From Neoechinorhynchus agilis (Eukaryota; Animalia; Acanthocephala): a stretch of DNA of 64,000 nt. The stretch lies in assembly GCA_051530055.1 (NCBI GenBank), contig CM121341.1, positions 16,966,784 to 17,030,783 on the forward strand. Direction: 5' to 3'. The position numbers were made by a program, and so were the translations under genes. The stretch's first letter is position 1. Each line of letters opens with the position of its first letter. Below the pieces are notes generated by a model, which saw only the letters and a program-made list of their open reading frames with translations, was not told the origin of the DNA and did not search any database. This document shows positions 25,501 to 39,207 of the stretch, piece after piece.

Positions 25501-26980
25501 AAAGTATTTTTTTCCATTCGATCGAAAAATTTTAATTTATGTGGATACTTTATAGATGTCTTAACTCTCAAGTCATGCTGGAAAGAGTTTTTGTCGCTAA
25601 AAGATATTTTGCACTATAATTCTGCATAAGATTTCAAACTTGATTCGTTCTAATACTGATCTCGATTTATTTCAGTTTTATTAAAGAAAATGCAAATGTT
25701 ATCGACTTAAAGTGCTGATTTTAAATGTCGACTGCTTGTTTTAAAGAAAATAAATGCTTAAAATGGTCCGAGAAATTTTACATAAATGCAAATTTTCATT
25801 GGCGGTTACAGAGACCCCCAATTATTGTAAGTTTAAGAAAATCAATGGATTATCTCTCCAAGTGGTTAAACTCCTTTATCTTCTAGAACACAAAGACAAT
25901 TTTTTCGATTAGTTGTCCCAGAAACGTTAGACTAAGTAACTTTATATCATTCCGACATGAATGCTCTTTGCACCCTTCCGTGTTGTGACGGGTTTAAATA
26001 ATTGCGATTTACCAGCTATTCAAATATTGATTGTGAAGAGGAATCACAAAGAGGTTTCGTGAGTTACATGAATGCGTTGCGCCCTACTTAATAGACTTAC
26101 AAATCAAATTACTTAGAAATTTTAAACACCCTTTTTCGGAAAGTGCACGCGGACTGTAATTTTAAACAACCTTTCACAATTTATTATATTTAAAATCGTT
26201 CTTTGATGGATACTATTTAGAAACGTTATACTCTAAAGCCAAGAAGGAAATTTTGTCGCTCAGTAATGTAAAATATTGAAAATCCATAAGAAGTTCGAGG
26301 GAATTTCCCTACTCGAGTCAAGGAATTCATCTCTTTTAAGTGCGTGCAAAATATATTCGTTTCTAATGTCACCCATTTTTCGCATTGATTTTTCTACCTT
26401 CTTTGTGGACATTTTAGCACGCCGTGTGATTTACGATATAAAAGGTCTTGAGTTCCAAGAACAAGCGTTAAACGTGCAATCATAGTGAGAAACGTGTTGA
26501 TGTTCGACGTAGTAGTCAACTCATAAAACACATTGAAATTCTTCGTACTTACAAAGTATTTACTAAATTAGAATAGTCTCAGTCATTGTTGTCCGCGAAA
26601 TGGTAAACAGCCTCCATTTTACTGTGAGTAACCACGATCAGCGAAAGAGCTATGAAACTGAACTTTCGCGACTATTGGCATACTCTTTTCTTTGCACCCC
26701 GACGCCTAGACATGAGTGCATTATGTAGATTAGATTAGTTTTAGTTTAACAAGAAAACTGAAAGTCAGCTCTGCCTGAAAATCTTACACGATCTTGTTTT
26801 GTTCCAGAAGCTCAAAGTGGTTTGAGTTAAGGCGAAAATTAACCGTAAAGTTATTCGAAATTTACGTTTAGTGCCAAGTTGTTCTGGGATATTTTTTGTT
26901 TGGTGATGAGAAATAGAGATTAATTTATTGATTCCCATTCTATATTTATATTTAGTCGACCACCGTTGATAGCGAGCCTT

Positions 26981-27150
26981 CCTCAGTTATTTTGTCAAGT
27001 ACTATTCTTGAATAGAATTTACATACCGCGAAGTCTTTTATGGCGCCATCCCTGGGGATGGATTTGATTAAAATCCGAAATATTGGCGCCACAAGACTTC
27101 GCGGTATGTAAATCCAATTCAAGAATAGCACTCAGCAAAATAACTTAGGT
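26981..27150 (+). repeat. ~65-bp inverted repeat closing a single hammerhead-like core
   Basis: Arms TTCTTGAATAGAATTTACATACCGCGAAGTCTT..TGGCGCCA / TGGCGCCACAAGACTTCGCGGTATGTAAATCCAATTCAAGAA. Centre CC-CUGGGGA-U-GGAUUU(gauua)AAAUCC-GAAA-UAU-U-GG. Confidence 0.6.
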
Positions 27151-27893
27151 TGGAAAATGTATCTTCAACAAGTCATTTTTTACTCGAAGAAGATCGAAAT
27201 AAACTTTATTTTTCGAGACTGATAAGCAACACAAATTATGTGACGACGACGACTAAAAAGTATCATTTGCGGTTTTTGCATGAATTTTTGAAACTTAGAA
27301 ATCATCTCTGTTAGGGAGAGCGCATTAATACATTCTTTAAATACTTCTCAATCTTAAGAACACAATCATCCAAAAATAAATGAGGTGGATATTTCTCAAT
27401 TCCATGTTTAAATAAACGACGGGGTTGATCTATGTGAGATTCAGCGACGATATGTGGCGCTAAATAGCGTATAATTAAGTGCCACCTTCCTTCCTTAAAC
27501 AATTCACATACACGGAAACCGTTGGGAATTTGTTAACAAAAGAATATGGCGGTAGTTTAGATTACGAATTTCTTATTAGGGCTTGTGACTGTCCATTTTT
27601 CACTGTTGATCTCAACAACTACTTTGCGCCGTTTAACCACTTTTGACATATTAAATTCATACAAACCACAACCGGCTCCATCTATTAAACTTGATAGAGT
27701 TTTGGACTACACTTGGAGTTTCTCCTTTCTATGACAAACACACTATTTTAGCCGTGCACTCAATAAAAAAAGACTCGCAGTATGCCGCTATATCCCCTGT
27801 ATGCGCGAGTGTTGTGGAACAATCGCTTTGTTAGCATTTAAGTTAACATTTCAAATTGTCGAGCTAGTCTAATGTTGTCAATAGAAGACAGCA

Positions 27894-30800
27894 ATGTTCT
27901 TACCACATAACAAGATCAAGCTATCAATAGTACCCGATAGACTAATAACCGGTGATCGATTCAGTCAATGGGACGAGGTAAGCTTTGACTTTTATTTTCT
28001 GAGCAAAAAATGACCGCAAAGGAAACCGGTGCTCTTGAGTTGGATTGCCTCATGCGGGTAGATGAGCACGGGTTTTTCCTATATTGGAGAACGTCTTCTC
28101 ATGTAAGTTAGACTTAAAAGAATCACTTATCTTGATCATCGACTCTGAAGGAAGTGCAGATAATCGATCTTTTAACAGTGACGGAGGTCAGATCAGGAAA
28201 GGCACCAACGGTCTGTTCTTTGCTTTGGATCGTTTTATGAAAATTTAAAATAGGATAGGAGAATTGCCCCCGATTTGATGGCTGATGCTCTTGTCTATGG
28301 AAGGACCAATATCGACAGTCGAACTATCACAGTTTGCAGTGGGCTTGATCTTGTGAATATCGCAAAATGCAATATTACAGCCAACGACATTCAGACAGCA
28401 AAGGTAATTGTTTTTTTTAAAGATTAACTCTTTTTGGCGGAAAAGGCTTGGGCTAGGGATTTGAGCAAGGTAATTAAAGATGCGAAACAAAGCAAAGATT
28501 TATGTCCAATGATGGGATTGTTGAAACAGTGAGCTCAGATTATAGTGTAACTTTCAATCATCATCATCATCATCCATTCAAGGTATACTAAATTATGTTG
28601 CCTCGCAGATTCAGCGGACAAAATTCAAGCTAAACAGTAAGACTTGCAAATAGTTGGATGACTTGAATTTTTAATATCTAAATGCAGAATAGTCAAAGTG
28701 TTTCAGGCTGGTAATAATGAACGCATCATTTACCAAGCGCTGAAAGAGATGAAACTTATTGTAAAAAAGGTCCGAAATGCACAAAGTTTATATACTAAAG
28801 ATTCATATTTAAGGGAATCGACAGTGTGGAACTTACTAATTTTACGTTTGAAAAGTTTTATCATCTATATCGAAGACTTTGCCCAAGAACTGATATTGAA
28901 AATCTATACAGAAGATGGTAACTGTATTATGCAGGCAACTTGTGCTGAACACGATTAATTTAGTACGAAAGGGAATGAACATTTAACTTTAAAGATGATG
29001 ATGAGATTTTTGAATGAGGTTTTAATTGTTAAAAGTTTAATGCACAAACCTATCGAACTTTATAGACTCAAAGAGACAGTCGTCTAAATGAAGTTCTTGT
29101 ACCATTTGTTAGCGAACCCAAGGTGCTCAAAGTAATTAATTCTTACGAAAGCAATAATCGACTTAGCAAGATAAGTTAGTATCTTGGATTATTATCGGGG
29201 GAAAAGATACTTTCTTTTGGTAGTTTTGCCATCCCGGATTTAAATTCACTAATTTATTTCCGATATGTCGTTAGATGATTCCGACATTATCAAGGTTATC
29301 ATTGTTAGCAGATGAAAATACCGACGAAATATCGGAAATAAATTAGTGAATTTAAATTCGGGATGGCGACACTACCAAAATAAGTAAGTATAATCATATC
29401 TATATTTAAATCTAGCAACTTAATATTCGCGATATTTCCCAGTTCTTTAAATTCGTTCACTTCTATTAACAGAAGAGTTGCTGTGTTTGCTTCGACAAGG
29501 TTAGAGCAGATCAACTGTTTGCAAATTTTACCCTTATTAATGCTATACACTGTTACAAAAAGGTTCTTGTAAAAATATTAATTTTCCAAATCATTTTGTA
29601 AATTAATAACCCTTAATTTTCGCGTTGCATATTTGCAATTTAAAAAATCCCAAACTAGAAGTGCTTGGATTTGATGGCTTTTTCCGATATGTCAGTTCAA
29701 TGGACAACGACGCTATAATAGATGAAGATTTTACAATCCATCAATCAATGGACAAACCATTAGGTCATTGATTCATATTCATCCTTAAGAGTGTGGACCA
29801 GTGGCAATAAGTCACTATTTCATTAATTCATCCCATAATACCTACTTGATCGGTAGACAACTAGGAGGAAAATCATCAGTTGAAATGTATAGACAAGTTT
29901 TATTAAGTGGATGCCGGTAAGTATCAAATGAAATCCTTAAATTTAACAAACCAGTTCAGTTGCATTGAGCTTGATTGTTGGGACGATAAAGACGAACCTG
30001 TTATAACTCATGGAAAAGCGTATTGTACAAACGTGTCGTTCCGGGTTCGCCTTCTTGTTTCTATTTTCTAAATAAAAATTATTTTTAGGATGTCATAGTC
30101 GCAATAAAAGAAACAGCGTTCGTCACGTCCAGTTATCCGGTAATACTTTCACTGGAAAATCACTGTTCAAGACCGCAACAAGTAAAGATGACCACTATTT
30201 TGACTAGTGTTTTGAAGGAATATTTGTTGGAGAAACCCATTGATGGACATCCGGTTTGTTACTTCCTTACGGACATTCTAATAAACTTTTCTTAGCTTGA
30301 AAAAGGACGGGATCTGCCACCCCCAAGCGCTTTACGTTACAAAATTCTAATCAAAAATAAAAAACTAGCACCGGAGGTGGAAGAGAGTAAGTCCTTATAA
30401 TAAAAAATTCCCCATTAAATTCTTTCACAAAGAACAATTGAAATCTTGGAACACTGGTATAATGACTGATGAACCTGAACAGACTACAGCTGACAGAAAT
30501 TCTTTGGAAGTGGAGCCATTGATGCATTCGTCGTTGGATACATGGACCCAGGACAAGGACGTTTATGACGATGATTTTGCGGAGCTGGACGCCGATGCTG
30601 GTGAGGTCAAAAGAACTACAAGTTGTGCAGCAATGATGCCTTCTAGCCATAAGCACCGGTCATCTTTCAGCCATTGAATGCACCTAGAACAAAATGATCT
30701 TTTGAACTTCTGAAAATCTTTATTGAGCATTAATTTTGATTTTTTCTACTCCCATTTCAAATTAGAATTCTCCTACTCTAATGCAAAAGAAGACCGAATG

Positions 30801-33348
30801 CGTTACACTATCCATTGAGGAGAATGAAATCCTTCAAAGGTCCTACAAATACACTGGAGCTACTCAAGATGTCCATCCACTCTTATCGATTCTTGTCAAT
30901 TATTGCCAACCGGTGAAATTCAACGGGTTTGAACTCGCTGAAGGTGATCCTTGTCTTTTAGGCTTCAAATTTACCGCGTTTCCTTGCATTTAGAGTTAGA
31001 TATGCACTATAAAATGTCATCGTTCAATGAAAACGTTGGTTATCATCATGTGAAGCACCATTCAATCGATTTTGTGAAGTAAGAATACCAAAATTGACAT
31101 AAAAATTAAAAGAATTTATCAAATCCGATATTTCGGCACAACATCGTGCCTCTATCAAGGTTAGTATTTTTGAATAAAACAAAACATTTAAACAACCTTG
31201 ATAAACGTTTACAAGATTGTGCCGAAATATCGGATTTAATAAATTCCATTACTTTTTCCGCCATAAACAAGCACCTATTGGTTTGAAAACGATATTTCAC
31301 TCAATTTGACTCGAGCGAAACTTCAGCTAAAAACTCAATTTTAAAACTAAGTCTCTCATTCTACCTTAGCTATTGTAAAGCTTTCAAAAATATTGCATTT
31401 TCATTTGACTTCAAGTATCTCAATTACGCCTTAAAACAGCTATAACAAACGTCAATTAAGTCGAATTTATCCACGTGGATCACGGGTGGATTCAAGTAAT
31501 TTCATGCCACAGGTACGCAGTAGAAAACTATTTAAAATTATAAGTAATTTTACACAAATTCTCTAGGTGTTTTGGAACGTTGGATGTCAAATGGTGGCTC
31601 TTAATTTTCAAACATCGGACGTAGCAATGCAAATAAACAATGCGAAATTCGAATATAATGGAAATTGCGGGTTAGCTAGCTTTCAATTAGAAAGGGTCTA
31701 AATTCCGCAAAAGATATATTTTAAAGCCTGATTTTATGATACGCCAAAACCGAATGTTTGATCCTTATTCAGAAAGCACAGTTGATGGAATAATCGCAGC
31801 TCATTGTTCCGTAAGGGTACGTCGCCTTGTCCCATACTATATTCTATCTGAAATTCGATAAAAGGTGATATCTGGCCAATTTTTGACCGATAAAAGGATA
31901 GGGACTTACGTTGAAGTGGATATGATTGGCCTCCCTGCTGACACAATCCGAAAGGAATTTCGAACGAAAATTGTTTTGCAAAACGGATTAAATCCATTGT
32001 ATAATGAAGATCCATTCGTGTTCAGAAAGGTATTTTTGACTAATTTTTATGATTCTAAACGTATAAACACGTTAAGATCGTTTTGCCAGACTTGGCAATG
32101 TTGAGATTTTCAGTATACGAAGAAACCGGCAGATTAATAGGACAAAGGGTTTTGCCTTTAAATTCGATTCGTGCAGGATTTCGGCATATTTCGCTGAGAA
32201 CCGAAGGAAATTCTCCGATTCTTTTATCATCGCTTTTCTGTCATATAAAACTAAAGACATACGTCCCTGAACGTTTAGACGGTTAGATCACTATTTAAAT
32301 TCCAGTGATTGATCAAGGATTGTGTTTAGGAATAGCGAATGCTCTTCATAATCCAGTCGAAATTTTTCGACAAGCGAAAAGTAAATTAGAGCAAATTAAA
32401 GAAACTCAGAACGGACGACTTCCTAATGAAACTCAGAATATTATGAACCGAAAAGATTCGTTAAGATCAGATCTTCAAATCTCCAGCTTAAAACGGTGCA
32501 AACGATATCAAAAACTATTAATCAATCAAACTAAGGATATGAACAATCTAAAAGCAAAACATCGAAGAGAACAATCGTCTACGCATTCACAGCATATGTC
32601 AGCATTGGAGAAATTACTGAAAGACTCACCAGGAAAGTTTTGCGAAAAACGTTGGAACGAGTACCTTTTTAATCTTGGCGATTTTTAGCTACTCATTGAC
32701 TGATAACGAGTTTAAAATAAAGGTGAATAAATAAATAATAAATAGTTTTGACGCAGCATTTAGATTCATCGACTTATCCAACGTCAGGAAGCTGAATGGT
32801 CTGAGATGCTTAGTCGCCAGTGTAGTGAGCTGCAACACTTGAAGAAGGAAAACGTTCAACAGCAAATAGAGACGATTCGCTTATCAATTGTGGATGTACA
32901 ATTAAAGCAAATTCGTGAATTGGAGGCTAGGCAGCAAAGGTGGGGTTTCGTGGGGAAGCGTTTTCGCCACCGTCCTTAGTTTTTCAGGGAAACACAAGAA
33001 ATGAAAGCATCTCAAGTTTCAAAAAGCATGGCTGATGCAAGGAAGATCTCGAACAATCCGAAAGTGCGTACAAAAGCGGAAAAGGAGCGCCAAATTCGCG
33101 AGATTAACAGTCACAATACAAAGCTCTTTATTACTGAACGGAAGCGACTTGCCACAAAGCATGACTACGAGATTAAAATTCTTAAATCCCTTCATCAGGA
33201 GGAAGAGCTTAATGTTCTAAATCAGACAAAAATGGTACAAGGAGTTTTAAGAATTATAGCTAATTGTTGCTTTGTATAGATTTTAAACCATATGATCAAA
33301 TACAACAATATGATGGATCTGCTACGAATTCCTTCGTCGTCGATTTAA
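27894..33348 (+). CDS. PLCB4: Phospholipase C-beta (PLCB4/norpA/egl-8-like), many short introns
   Basis: [12 protein letters not shown]; EF CPRTDIE; X-box [37 protein letters not shown]; Y-box [24 protein letters not shown]; C2 [27 protein letters not shown]; C-terminal coiled coil. Confidence 0.93.
29215..29380. mobile_element. Family C hammerhead palindrome inside a PLC intron
   Basis: Minus arm AACC-UUGAUAA-U-GUCGG..CGAC-AUAUCGG (GAA missing). Plus arm CCGAC-GAAA-UAUC-GGAAATAAA (5' core lost). Confidence 0.7.
31104..31268. mobile_element. Family B hammerhead palindrome inside a PLC intron
   Basis: CCGATATTTCGGCACAACATCGTGCCTCTATCAAGGTT ... AACCTTGATAAACGTTTACAAGATTGTGCCGAAATATCGG. Confidence 0.75.
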
Positions 33349-34129
33349 GCGCTGTTTTTTTGAGAACGTGTAAATAAACTATGTTATTAAATAAAACTTG
33401 TTTAGACTGGGATTGTCCTTATAAATGGTAAAAGAAGTGAGAAAGCTCAAATGGAGAGTGTGAGTTTTAGGGATCGTATGAGAAAAAATAAATGCAGATC
33501 TCAAGTACGGGTTTCTTATCTCGGCTACTCCAATCTCCTTGTCTTGCAGAATTATTTTGTTTTACCACACCAGTTCTTGAGACTATATTTGATCACAAAA
33601 TGTAAATTTTGTTGTCATTTTTTATTAATCTTAAATTTAATGATAACTAAATTTTGTTTTGAGAAAATAAAACGTTACCTTGGTTTAATTTTGCATTTGC
33701 CTATTTATATAAGCCTTACCAAATACACAACGATTTGTTTCGAACAATTCTGCTTGAATAAATCTCAATTTTTTCTCTTTTCGAGCAAAATTTCAAAATC
33801 GCCAATAGGAACATTTAGATCATTTCGCCAAAAAAGACTTTTTGTAAAACAATTGACTTAAGAAGCGATGCATCCGATGCAAAGATATTAAAACATTGTT
33901 TTAGTTGTTGAATATAATTTTTGTGACATAATTAGATGATAAAGGAATTTTAAATAACTTTACATCGAAAGCACCTTTAACGGACATCTATAAAGTGCAT
34001 ATGAAAAATAATCGCTTTTGAACTACCCGGCTACTTCAACCTAATAATCGTCGCAAAGAGAACTGAAGAAAATCATGCAACTTTGCTAAAAACGGTTGAA
34101 ACTAAGCATTTTCATTAAGATTTGTAACT

Positions 34130-35085
34130 AATAAATTCCGCAAAATACGCACAACATCATAAGAATGTAAATCGGTGGTGGCGGTATGTGGATGATGTGT
34201 TCATCGATACATACTGTCCACTGTATGTGCCAATGATGTGATCATCGACACATACAGTGGACAGTTAATAACGACGGTCAACGCAAGGCAGAGTAAGCAC
34301 TGCATTATTTCGTGAGCCGAACGTGCCAGTCAATGACCTACGGGGTATACAATTTTTGCAGCCACTTCTTATTTCCCAAAAGCTTTTATAATCTCATCAG
34401 AGAAAAAGATCGTGGAGGAATTGAAAGTAAGGGATATTCTCGCTTGATAATAAACTGTGGAATCAAAATATGCAATTACCGACAAGGCAACATAAATAAA
34501 TTTGCGGAGTCCGTTACCTTCGAAAGAGTGAACTTTGTCAACAATGAAACTAATAAAATGATCCACTCGACTATAAGGACGAAGATAGGAGCACGGTTAT
34601 ACAACAATAAAGGAATCACTCTCGGAAACACTGCAAAGGAAGATTTTTTAATGTCTGGTCAGCCGGTAACTTTAATCAGTATCTATGTGTGGCCTTTTTC
34701 ACGGCTGATTATTTTCCTTGGGCACGCAGCTCATCGATCTGGGTCAGGAAAAAGCGCATAAAATCACTTAATACCCTGAACCATACGGTTCTGAGTTTGT
34801 ACATCCCTCCAGATCCTCCGACCCCTTTAATTGTGCATCATCAGTGATCGTGGATTTCAACAGACATCAAAAATAAATATAACTTGATTGGTCCATAATT
34901 GAAATATCAAGAACTGGCAGAGTTTGTACATTCAGTAGTTGTGCCGAGATGGTCAGGTGGACTAATGCTCAGATCCCAGTTTGGGTAGAGTTCACGGTAT
35001 TAAGTGATTTTACGCGCTTCCCTGACCCAGAGAGGTGGGCTGTGTACCCAAAGGAAAACTATCAGCCGTGAAAAGGCCCACACTT
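34130..35085. mobile_element. Decayed Penelope-like RT fragment with internal inversions
   Basis: WWRYVDDVFI at ~34177-34206. 17-bp hairpin at ~34215-34268. 34686-34790 and 34990-35085 form a diverged inverted pair. Confidence 0.55.
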
Positions 35086-35274
35086 AAATTAAATAGGTTA
35101 AGAAAATCAAAACATAGGGTTTTCCAACGCACACGATTACGAAACATTCGCTTTTAACGAATGAATACTTTGTATGCGAAACTAAAAGACGAGAACTCAG
35201 TTGAATTACATGACTCAAACTGCAAACAAGAGCACAGCATCCCGCATGAGCATACGCCAGCATAACGCGTGTAA

Positions 35275-36232
35275 ATGTCATTGAATAATCATGAGCGGTA
35301 CGTTGGAACCATAAACTACGTTACCGGTAATCGACCGCGACCTCCTCCTGGAAAAGTGCTTCACAAACGTCAAGTTCTGATCTCAATAAGTGGAAAGCAA
35401 GTCCAAGAAATCGATGAATTTCTTGAATACGTTCCCATTTCCTTTTTATCCCGCCAAGATGGTCACATCATGTCAGTCAGTAACGATCTTAATCCGGAAT
35501 CAAGATTAGCAACTTTTTATTCATCTCCTAGACCCATTCAAGTAGCTCAATCAAAACCTGAAGAGAGACAATCTCGCCTGCAGTACTTGTATTCTAACAG
35601 TAGTTTTGCGAATAAGCCAATGGGCATGAAAAAAGAAGTCAATAAAAATTATTTCCCAGAGGAAATGATTAAACAACAAGTGGACATTAAGCCGCAGCTT
35701 TTCGAACTACCTTTGGAACAAGTGAAGCCAAAGATAAAAGGAATTCTAAAAGACACGAGTGCTCCAAGTTCTATAGCTATTCCCGCTGTAAAGAAAACTG
35801 AGCCCAGAACTGCACCGAGCTTAAAAGTAGCACCAGCAAGTCCAAAACCGGTATACTCGAGCCCCACGACCTACTCGAAACCAACCATCCTTAGATCGTG
35901 TAAGTAATCGCGTGAAACTACTTAAATACCACTCAAAATTCAAAAATAGCACCCCCAGCTCAACCAGTCTATGATTATACAAGTGTTAAATCGGAAGGGT
36001 ACGACAAAAGGTGAAATTAGAACCTATACCTAATATTGGTTGAATCTTTAGATCATCAACCGGTGCTTATAATCAATTGACGGATCACTTCTTAGACGTT
36101 TCGACCACCCCAAAGAAAGCCCCGAAACAGCTTGGACCGAAAAAACCATTACTGCCAAAAGCCGGACTTCGAGATATGCTTCATGCTGAACTTTTGAAAG
36201 TTCGTCCAAAGGCTAAACCAGCAAAGGAGTGA
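35275..36232 (+). CDS. Unknown proline/lysine-rich protein, probably 3 exons
   Basis: 210-codon first exon with GTAAGT donor at ~35900. Further GT-AG-bounded frames end in LRDMLHAELLKVRPKAKPAKE*. Confidence 0.55.
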
Positions 36233-36791
36233 AAATTTGATTTCTTTAAATAGCCAAAAATCCCACAAAACCAAAGTATATTTCATTATTTTTAATGTGA
36301 CCGTTTATAGGGTTGATTTCTTCAACTTTTTTCGAATCAACAATTAAATCAGTTCAAGTCTAGATATTAACTTCTTTTTTGCACAATTTTGATAAAATCG
36401 ATTTCTCCATAGGTCACATTTGAATGTAATACATCATTTTGAAGTCAGTCAACTTCATTTTAAACTAGGTTTTCTAAGGTACATGTCTACCCCACATAAA
36501 GTTGTCATTTCTCCCAAAATAGAGCATAGCCTCCTACGCTCGATGTAAGCATAATTCTATATCCTCCTCCCTTACATCAACTCGACGCACTCCACGCGAA
36601 CAAATATAGAAACGTCTGTCTCGTTTTTTTGTTGCATATAAGCGACTCAACTTCCCAAGAAAAAATGCACGCAAACGCTTTTTCTCTTCTTCTTCCCAAA
36701 AACGACGATTCAGAGATAACAACGTCCCGGTAAGTAAAGTGTCCGGATGATCTTTGAAAATAATTGCAATATCGATTCTTTTTGCAAAATA

Positions 36792-38046
<1,255 letters not shown>

Positions 38047-38127
38047 GTTCAAAAGTAGGTGACTTTTGAAAGAGAAGCTTTACGGAGAAATAAAGATTTT
38101 GATTTTAATTTTTGGTGATGTAAACAC

Positions 38128-38370
38128 GCTAGCAGCCAGCAACATAAAATTCGCCGCTATTAAACCAAGGGGCAGCGGCCGCCGCTGAGGACGGCAAAAA
38201 TACCAAATACAGGGACTTAGGTCGTAATAATTATCTCATTGCATTTGGCGCCGAGACATTCGGGTCGTTCAGGTGCAGGGCCTGGTCAAACAAGTCTTAG
38301 AGAATCAGACGATCTGGGGGGGACGCTGCATCCGTCCTTTCGACCGTTACACCAGGACGGCAGCTGAGTG
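38128..38370 (+). mobile_element. CRE-type 3' fragment (further short pieces at 39038-39095 minus and 54036-54070)
   Basis: GCAGCCAGCAACATAAAATTCGC..GCCGCTGAGGA shared with 52588-52612. Ends ACGCTGCATCC.TCCTTTC.ACC.TTACACCAGGACGGCAGCT. Confidence 0.65.
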
Positions 38371-39207
38371 ATCCAGAGTAGTGTGAATTATCTAATGTGC
38401 TATTAAAATTTCATTTTATTTTGCATTTGGTTAATTATAAAAGGTAAAGAATACGATTTTTTAAAATACCGGATTCCAGTCACATTTCTCAGTAATCAAT
38501 TCGTCGTTTTACTGATTCGAAAAAGCCTCTTTGCCTTTATTTTTAGAACTCATCTTTTGACGAGTCAGTCAATAGGTAACTTTAATCCTTTTTTGCTGTT
38601 TAAAAAATTTAATTTAATGAAAAAACTGACATATGAAAGAGCTTAGGATCAAAGAAGTCTTAACAGGTTTTTGAAAGCAAACAGGAATTCCTTTAAAAAA
38701 TTCAGTTGATTTTGAGGCTCTCGTTTTCGAGAGTTCTGTGATTTCATTCTATTCGAACTCATTGAAAGTAATAAAAGGTAAAAAAATCATGATCGAATTC
38801 CAAAGTGACGCACAATTAAAGGGGACGAAATACTTCTGAAGGGAAGAAACTCACTGATAAGTCCCGCATCCTGGAGGTATCTGAGAATCCGGAGGGATGT
38901 ACAAATTTATAACCGCACGGTCTTGGGCATTGAGCGAAGACCACCGGGTGTCCATTCGGCCGTGTATGGAAAAAAATCTAAAACATATCTATCAGGATGG
39001 AATAATAATAATCGCGATTTAAATTACTCATTAAAGCACTAGCTGCCGTCCTGGTGTAATGGTTGAAAGGAAGGATGCAGCGTTCGCTGATCGAATTTCT
39101 TGAGTATGTGTGATTGTTTCATTATTGTTGAAATTAGAAAAGATATTTTTTGCTCACAAAGAAACGGTTATCGGTTACTATTAGACACAAATGTTTAATT
39201 TTTTTTA

